Assembly (NCBI RefSeq): GCF_000485595.1
Contig: NW_014577080.1
Location: forward strand, 152,302-199,166
Source: Priapulus caudatus
Lineage: Eukaryota
Direction: 5' to 3'
Length of the DNA: 46,865 bases
Positions 39,182 to 46,865 of the stretch are shown here, in pieces. The translations under genes and the position numbers were made by a program. Numbering within the stretch: the stretch's first letter is position 1; each line of letters begins with the position of its first letter. Under the pieces are notes generated by a model. That model ran no database searches and was not told where the DNA came from. It worked only from the letters and a program-made list of their open reading frames with translations.

Positions 39182-39269
39182 CAACACCATCTGCTCCAAC
39201 CTTTGCTATTACTTTCGGACATCTCACGCGGAAAGTGTCGAGTGCATACGCACCTATATATATATACTG
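39182..39269 (+). repeat. Near-exact direct repeat of 30551-30636
   Basis: caacaccatctgctccaacc...gcacctatatatatactg occurs at both positions, differing by one substitution and one TA unit. The first copy ends exactly at the N gap. Confidence 0.95.
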
Positions 39270-42200
39270 GAGCAATTTCACACCTCTTTCTATTCTTCAA
39301 CCCTTTTTTCTCTTTCTATACGTAGCAGAATTTAACGAATAGTGCGTCGTTGGGCCTGAAGTATGAACTCTGTACTGTGGCATTTCCAATAAAAACAAAA
39401 GAGAAGCGGCATATCGTCTGATCTGCGAGAAACAAGTAAAAGCACGATATTTCATTACCGCAACCCTCTAGGCACCTGGTACGTGAGCGTCTGTTCTGAT
39501 AACGTCAATAGCTTCATGAAATCGACGCCGGGGGGTTGCGCAATAAATTCATCGAATAAACAGAAAGACGAGTGACACGCGTGCCAGCCCTGAACCAAGC
39601 CTGAACTAAGTTCTTGATCCACGACGGGTACCCTGTCCCGGAATCGCTGTCGCAGCGATCTCGTGACTGGACGTAGATATAGAAGGTCGAACCATGACGT
39701 TCACACGCAATTTCTAATCTCCCTCGTTGGATTATAATTAGAATGAATATCAAGCTACGTCCACCACAGAAGACGACCGTGATAGATAGGAGGCACGGTC
39801 AACGTTCCTAAACCAACCTATTTATTCATGTCGGGGCCTGTTTAAACTTCATATGCGTCTATGTAACCGTGTACGTTTAAGAACCACATGATATGAGCAG
39901 GACGGTTAGCTAATGCCAAAGACAATCCACGCGTGTATTTATAGCGCAACATTAAAGTTGATTCATCATCAGCAGCAGTAAGTCCTTTCTTACTATATAG
40001 ATACCCAAGCAATTCATAGCTGACTATAGGTCGGTATATATTTGACGATTAAACAATTCTGCGTTGAACTCGTTTATCGCGTGCAAGAGCAAGCGGGGAT
40101 GGCTAATCACTGATGTTTACAAAACGCATGTAACCCTGATGGGGAATTTGGCTAACATCAGGAGTAAATAATCACAAATTACATGCATTGCTTCAGAGAG
40201 GCAACCAATTGCTACGATAATCGAACGCATTCGCCCCTCAGTATCAGCTCAGTATGAGCCACATAGTGTTTTCAATGCATATAGTTTACAAGACAAAGCC
40301 TCTATCGAAACGGCTAATAAGCAAGCACTCAAAACGCATAACGTTACGCTGCGTAAACCACGCCATATTTCAGTGAAATTGTCCATTGTTATGCTTAGAA
40401 CACCGCTGTGAATTACAATGTATTATATATATATATACGAGTGCGCTCTTATCCGCCCCTTGGAGAGGCCTGAAGTGTTACTTGCCTGGCTAACGAGCTT
40501 CATTAACTACGGGCAGGCAGTCGGGCTGAGCTACATTATGTTAGCTTAGCTAGGGGCGTGAGCAGGACGACGATAAATGCGTCAGCCCCTGACAGTCTGT
40601 CCGTCGCGCACGTCTCTCTTAATGAGCGATCCGTGGCTAGAGTAACACTGGCGGTACGTTTCCACGAGTAATCGTTGCCGTATTATTCGGATGCTGTGAA
40701 CCCGTGTGTGCGTGCTTGTAGCTTCAACGCATGCGAGATCAATTGGCTACAATAAAAAACAAGAGGCTACCCTCGAATGTTTACTTCAATCTATAATGTT
40801 TACCGTTGTCATTAATCGTATATGTCGTTCATCGTCGCCGACGCTATAACCAGTAAAGTAATCAGAGAGGGGGGGGGGCATCATCAATTACTTTCAGAGA
40901 GTGTACGGTCTGTTTCTCATAACTCGCCATACTTTAGCCCGGGTGTGCAACCGGGTAGGCGGATACTCTTCACCTCTGCATATGTGCTGCCCTCCAGCGG
41001 CAACTGTTTCTAGCGGCTAACCCCATTAGCTTACTTTGTATAGAAACAGCAGTATGCGTTATCTCAATATCGTGTATTTAGACTCAAATTAAAACGTGGG
41101 TCGCATCGTACATCTTGCTCATCGTATGCCCGCGGAATAAATTCTCAACTTGGTTTACAATAGCCAGCTCTGCGAACAGCGTCGCGCGACTCGAGTTCGC
41201 TAACAAATGAAGCCGATTGCAATTGAAGCGAATTGAAACGTGGAGACTATAATGGGAGGATGGGTGGATTACAGCGCTCGTCTGCTTACCCGACGCGCTC
41301 CATTGCGCGCCAAAGCTAACAGCGCCTCGGACGAGCGTTTTCCACGCATTTATGTCGAGAATGCATGTTTGGAAATTTCCCGCGGGGAAGGAGATAGCCT
41401 GAAAACTGCACCATCTCGCCACTGTCCTCCCAAAGAAAGCATAAGTTCTATGTTTTTTTCGATGCCGTAACATCTGCGTCCACACGATACTCGAGCGTCC
41501 AGTGCCCTCACATGGGCGCAACGAAGCTTTCTCGCAGAGAGGCACGGATGAATTGCGAGGCGCAATCTGCAATACAACTATCTGGTGCATATAGTAGATT
41601 CAATTATATAACATTCTGAATTAATGTAATAAAATAGATAATTACTAGAATGTAATTAATGTAGTAAAGTTGTACTTGCTGCCGGTTCCCTTCTCACGGT
41701 TTATTGAATTTAAACAATAGTCAAAAGACTAGTGAAATATATAGCCGCACAAGACTCATGTATAGTCCAACTCCCCTATAACTTTGGAAAGAATCGCAGA
41801 ATCGCGGCTGAATAATCCTTGATATACGACCGGAAAATGTTTCCCTAGAACACAATATGCAGGACACAGTATATTCCTTTGGGAAATATTCCCGCAATAT
41901 AATTATTTCTCTCTAACACATTCAACGCAGGAAATCCCCGTCAAATATTCTCCCGCTGGATGGAGGTCCCATCTCCACGATCACACTTGATTAAATCTCC
42001 ACGAAATTTCTGTCCTATATTTCGTAAAAGTATTCGGACGATAACAGTGATATAATATTTAATCTATGTAAGACATCAAAAACGTACTAGTTGAACCACC
42101 GGCGGAACATTTTCGTAATGGCATCCAATTCAGAGCTAATGGCTAACATGCGATTATGGTATAATCACGTGTTAAGCTGTCAACCAGCAGCAATCTCGGT

Positions 42201-43858
42201 GCATTTTAAAATGAAGAATGTTGAGCAAACCTGGTAACTTCATAATTAGATAAAAATCCCGGAGACTAAATTAAAAACTCTGCGTGTACGATCAATGCCT
42301 CCATGCATGGTTCTTATCCTTTTTTGATAAACCCAAATTTGGTTCCATTTTTCAGCCTCATATGCCTGAAAAGACGCCTATAACGCGCACAGCAGCCATC
42401 AGCGCCCTAGCGTACCCAACATGACAGGTAATTAAAAATTGAAAAACGAGAAGCATTTATTGCTCCTGATGCATTAACTAATAACGCGTGACGCGTTACA
42501 CTAATAACTTGTAAAAACTCATTGTTTCTAAGTTAACATGCCTAGACGCTTCTTCGCCATGTAATTTCCTAGCGTCTGAAGCAAGCAATTTTTTGTCATG
42601 TCAGGCTAGCTATACCACGAGAAATTTCTAACTAAGCAATAACACTCCCTTCACGCTACAACGGTTTACAATTTGCATGCTACCGTATTCGTATAAAAGC
42701 ACAAAATCGTGTGGGAAATGGTAATATTTCGTCCTAACGATGGGATGAACCACGTAGTAAGTTTTACGGTTTTATCACGTAGTCTAGAGAATTGTGTTAG
42801 CTTTACGCCTCGACGAATCTCCCTCGAGTCGTAGCCCAACATCTTACGTTGGTGCGCGCCGCTCATTTTACGGCCGGAATAGCAAGCAAGCAAATCTTAA
42901 TCCGCCATCTTGTTCGCCACTACACACCGTCACTCGGCTGCCTGGGAGCGTTTGCTGGTGACACGACGAGCGAAGCTGGGTCGAGATTCCCCAATTATGA
43001 CGAGGTCACATGGGGGAGGACGTTGCGTCGAAGTAAATAATTTAATATGATGCGACATGCATGAATTAGTACGTGGGAGTAGCGTAGGTTCACGTAACAG
43101 TGTTCGCGGCGGCGAGGTGGCTGGCTGCACGCACAAACAGCCGACGATGGACAGCAGCAGCCGCTCTCTCACAGATCGATGGTACCTAGCAGTTAAGAGG
43201 CTTTCGTAATTCTATTTAAATTCTACCGGTGTTTACGCTGTTAATGCCGCGAAGATGCAATTTTGGATCATCTGGGGAATAACCGTGGTCGGAAGAAGCA
43301 ATAAGAGTAACTCCGCACGTGCGTATAATGTAGTTACAGTTTTGCGTTTGCATCAAGCGAACCTATATATGTTTGCTAAATCACCAGTATACTATACTAG
43401 CCATGCAGTACGTAATCCTAAATGATGTTTGCGGCATTCAATAGCACATGGTTTTGCGTTCAACAATGTTTATTATTCCTCGTGGGCCGTGCTGCTCATA
43501 GATGAATGCACAGAGTGAACGTGCTCTATTGCGAACGTGTCTGGAAACACTATTGAAATTGGATTGCATAAAAAACGCTCCGAAACAACCTGCCCGGTTT
43601 TAAAGCTGTCACATAAAAGAAACACCAATGGATTGCATAATATTTTAATTTTGTGCATTCGCGCCTTGGTTGCTCTGCTCAGCAGGTCGTGGAAAGATTG
43701 GAAGGATAGATCTCTCTATTCATGTGCTCCGTGTATTAGTACACGTCACATACGCAAATATATACATACATACACGTACATGCGCACTTCCACGCTTACG
43801 CGTAAATGTTTGCCAACTTACGCGCGCACGCACGCACGCACGCACGCACAAGCACTCG

Positions 43859-46800
43859 TAGACGAGGCAGATTTGGCTTTTCAGTCAACAAATTGCAAAA
43901 GTTTGTTTTATTGTTGATTCTTGTTCATTAGGTACTTCTTGATGACATTATCCAAAATGGGACACAAGTTTCAACCATAAGTTACCTAAATTTGCATATT
44001 TAAAAATGGCCGTTATTTCAGATTTGGAGGGTCAATTATCTCTCCAAACTATTCATTTCAGCCAATAACGCTATTATAGTGAATAGAAACATGGCCAATG
44101 AATTTAAAATACATATTTAAAAGCCCAATAACCTTTCTGAACAGCTAGGTCAATATGTCAAAAGTATGTCAAATGACACATTTTTTAAAACCAAAACAAG
44201 GAAATGACAAGCATTTAATGAAGTATGAAAACCACCGTTCAATGCAATAATTATATAAGCACACACGATATATTACATTAATCCGTTGGATACATACTGT
44301 GCATTAGTATTCAACATATCCAATGGTATGTTTGTACAAAGTCCGTCTGACACTTTCCAGCAGGCTTCATTACAGAACATCCCTTCTTCTTGCACGAACA
44401 TATCATTGTGTCACAATACTCCTTACATTTGTAACGTATTATCTACAATAGCGCATCAGGAGCTGGCTTGTTGTTCATTCTCTCGGGCATCAAACTTTCA
44501 CATTGGCTATTCCAACCCCAATCTTCCGGTTTTATTGGCTACGTTTCCTTATCCATACTTGGTCTGTAAGAAAACTCTATAAGAATGGTACTTGGCAGAA
44601 TCTTTCGTCGTGGCAACCCTTTAATGTCGACACTCTAGAGGCTCTTTACAACCCTGTCACCAAACATCTTTCTAACGTAGACTATTCAAAGTGGTACCTT
44701 GTTCCACCATACACGCATACTAATGCTTTGGTCCAGCATCTATGATTTTCATCATGCTAGATGAACTTGACATGAAGCATTACCTATCTGCATTAGTTCG
44801 TCGATTTCTTAGCCCTAGCACACAACCTTTGCGATCCCATGGATCCAGATGTGGTATTGCACCCACATAGAGCATGTAGAAATGGTAGGTATGTCATAGC
44901 GGCTTCCAAAATTGCACATGTCGTCTGGATGTTCCACAGTGGTCTCTTAATTGCACTCTTCTCTGACTTCATGAACAAGCTGTACCTGTGTTATGGTAGT
45001 GGCACAAGAGTACCAAGGAGTCAGTATCCTCTGCAATGACAAATGTCGTCTTGTACACGGCCATGTCACGGCTGTCTGGACAATCAACAAATCGGCGTCG
45101 TCTTCTGCATGAATGGTTTCGATGTCTTCTTTTCCTCATCTCATCAGATAGCATGTTGATTAACTCTTGTTTGTTTGATTGTTCATCAGGAAATGTCTTT
45201 CTTGTCTATCTTCAATGGTAAGTCAAGCGGCTAGTTTTACTTTTCTGACGATTAGCACGCCGCTGCAGTCGTTGGTGTGTCACTGCTTGATTGTTTCCTG
45301 TGAGTAGCCATCATACACAACTATTGGGTGGGCATACTTTTGCACCCACACGTATTATGTGTTGATTATTTGTTATACATATCCATTTTGATCATGGCAA
45401 ACGCTGTAGAAGAGAACCACCATCCTAGAACATTGCATCTGCTTCTAGAAATTAAAGTCTTGTGTGTCTCTGCAGAGTGTAGAAATAGCATCTAATCCGC
45501 AAGTTTTGGTTTTGTAGGAGCGTTTTAGTAGCGCTATGCTTTGTAAAGAGGGATGGTGGATAAAGCGACAGCTCGTATCTGAAACCTCATTTAGATCGAT
45601 ATCAGTGTTATTTGCTATGATCAGGAGCTCTCTGAAAGAGCAGCTGCGGATCGACAACCAATTCCTCTCCATCGGAAATCACCTTCGCTTCCATCACTTT
45701 GACTTGGTTCTTCACCTTGAAGACATATTTTGTAACCTGCTCGCCTTTCCATGCTGGTTAATGATGACTTGTCTATATCTTCACCCATGTGAGCGTTGGA
45801 CCACACTTGAGGCAATGCCTGTTGAATGTCATACAAGTAATCGCTCTTTTTGACGCGGGTCATTGCCTTTCAAGGTATTCAAGAATGATTGCCGAATCTG
45901 CACATCTCGCTTCATTGCACTTTGACTGAGTTCACTGTCGTGTTCTTGTAGCTACTAAGCTTCTTCATCTCGGTTGTTATCTGTGCATAATCAGGCCATC
46001 GTCAGCAGCACCTTGTCCGTTGGCGTCTCGTCCATCCCTCGTCCCCGCGTGATTCCACCCTTGCTCTTTAGACTTCATTAAACCTGCGCAATGAATCAGA
46101 TCTGTTGGCCAAAGCCCCCCAAAATATTTCCACCCATGACTTCTTGAAAAACACCTAGGGTTTCTTTCCTCTAAGTTCAGCATGTCTGCAGGAACAGTAT
46201 GGACGGACATAGCATAACTGTTGTGCCCACTTGCTGTGAAGTATTGAGCATTTCCTTCAGGGACTTCAGGTGAAGCATGAAGTTGCCAGTACGTTGAGCC
46301 TTCAGGTCAGATCTCAGAAGATCATAAGTGTTTTCATATACTGCAGCCATAACTTCCCTGTTGGTTGTTGCAGGTATGTCCAGCTTCGCTTTCTGGAAAA
46401 GCTGATGAGTGCTTGGATATCATCATCATTTGTTGCAGATACATGTGTTTCATCGCCGAAAACTTCGTTCAAACATCTGCAGAGCATGGGCCACTACCTG
46501 TTCGTTGGCTTCTTCTGTTGATATCTTCTTCAAAAGACTGCGTTAAGAGCGCCATCCACGCACGCAACCACAAAAAGTGGCCCCTGACTGCTCTTTGCAT
46601 ACGCCTTCCCGCTAGCATGATGTGTGACTGTTGATGACAATATTCAGAAAAAATTGTCCACGTTGAGTCAAACAATTTGCATCAGTTGTTTCATTGTTAA
46701 TTCTTGTTATTAGGTAGTTCTTGATGATGTCTTGGTTACATGGTGTTTCATCGCCGAAAACTTCGTCAAACATCTGCAGAGCATGGGCCACTCCTGTTCG

Positions 46801-46865
46801 TTGGCTTCTTCTGTTGATATCTCTTCAAAGGACTGCGTTAAGAGCGCATCACAAAAAGTGGCCCT
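43859..46865 (-). mobile_element. AcademX DNA transposon, internally deleted, copy 2 (runs off the right edge)
   Basis: Begins TAGACGAGGCAGATTT after TCG. The first ~215 bp are an imperfect inverted repeat of 34225-34467. The minus strand carries frameshifted Academ transposase, XPG-like nuclease and Cys-rich motifs (see pseudogene feature). Confidence 0.85.
44273..46640 (-). pseudogene. C-terminal ~2.3 kb of the AcademX protein (transposase tail, XPG/PIN-like nuclease, Cys8/CXC finger), heavily frameshifted
   Basis: Piecing frames together across both copies gives, in order: ML..K.MQRAVRGHF, RTGNFMLHLKSL, SRSHG.KYFGGL..DL...LMKS, IDPQLLFQR, YPPSLF, LDGGSLLQR, VYDGY, HAEDDAD, IAEDTD.LVLL, FLHALCGCNTTS (H3TH-like), KGLP.TKDSAKYHSYRVFLQ, PEDWGW, PAPDALL.II, CK..C....CSCKK....C..AC..C...CTN, and a stop at 44275-44273. 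This domain order is the one described for AcademX. Many frameshifts may be sequencing error. Confidence 0.8.

Noticed and set aside
41084..41590. 168-aa minus-strand ORF and overlapping ORFs
   Set aside because: No recognisable domain or splice support; consistent with a chance ORF in moderately GC-rich DNA.

Overview
Repeat-rich genomic DNA from an animal, probably an invertebrate; a TTAGGG array rather than TTAGG or TTAGGC weakly argues against most arthropods and nematodes. It is a draft assembly with two N gaps and stretches that look like unpolished long-read fill. The one host gene I can support is on the minus strand and encodes a secreted or membrane CUB-domain protein (SOL-1/Neto-like class). 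It has a candidate TATA+Inr non-coding exon (26200-25975), a signal-peptide exon (21017-20928), a 20.4 kb intron and a CUB exon (508-325); the rest lies beyond the left edge. The CUB reading frame is absent from the supplied ORF track, and the signal peptide appears there only buried inside a longer repeat-derived ORF. The signal-peptide exon starts with a consensus 5' splice site (CAG|GTGAGT), the geometry of a recursive splice site. Mobile DNA comprises a Kolobok-type MITE with TTAA target-site duplication (10832-11744), a 251 bp inverted-repeat element carrying an internal (TTAGGG)n array (3216-3466), and two partial copies of one internally deleted AcademX DNA transposon (31596-34467 and 43859 to window end). 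Both Academ copies appear to share one TCG insertion site, so about 12.9 kb is duplicated, either really or by mis-assembly. Most long ORFs in the track are microsatellite or gap artefacts. All alignments and translations were done by eye; no database search was possible.
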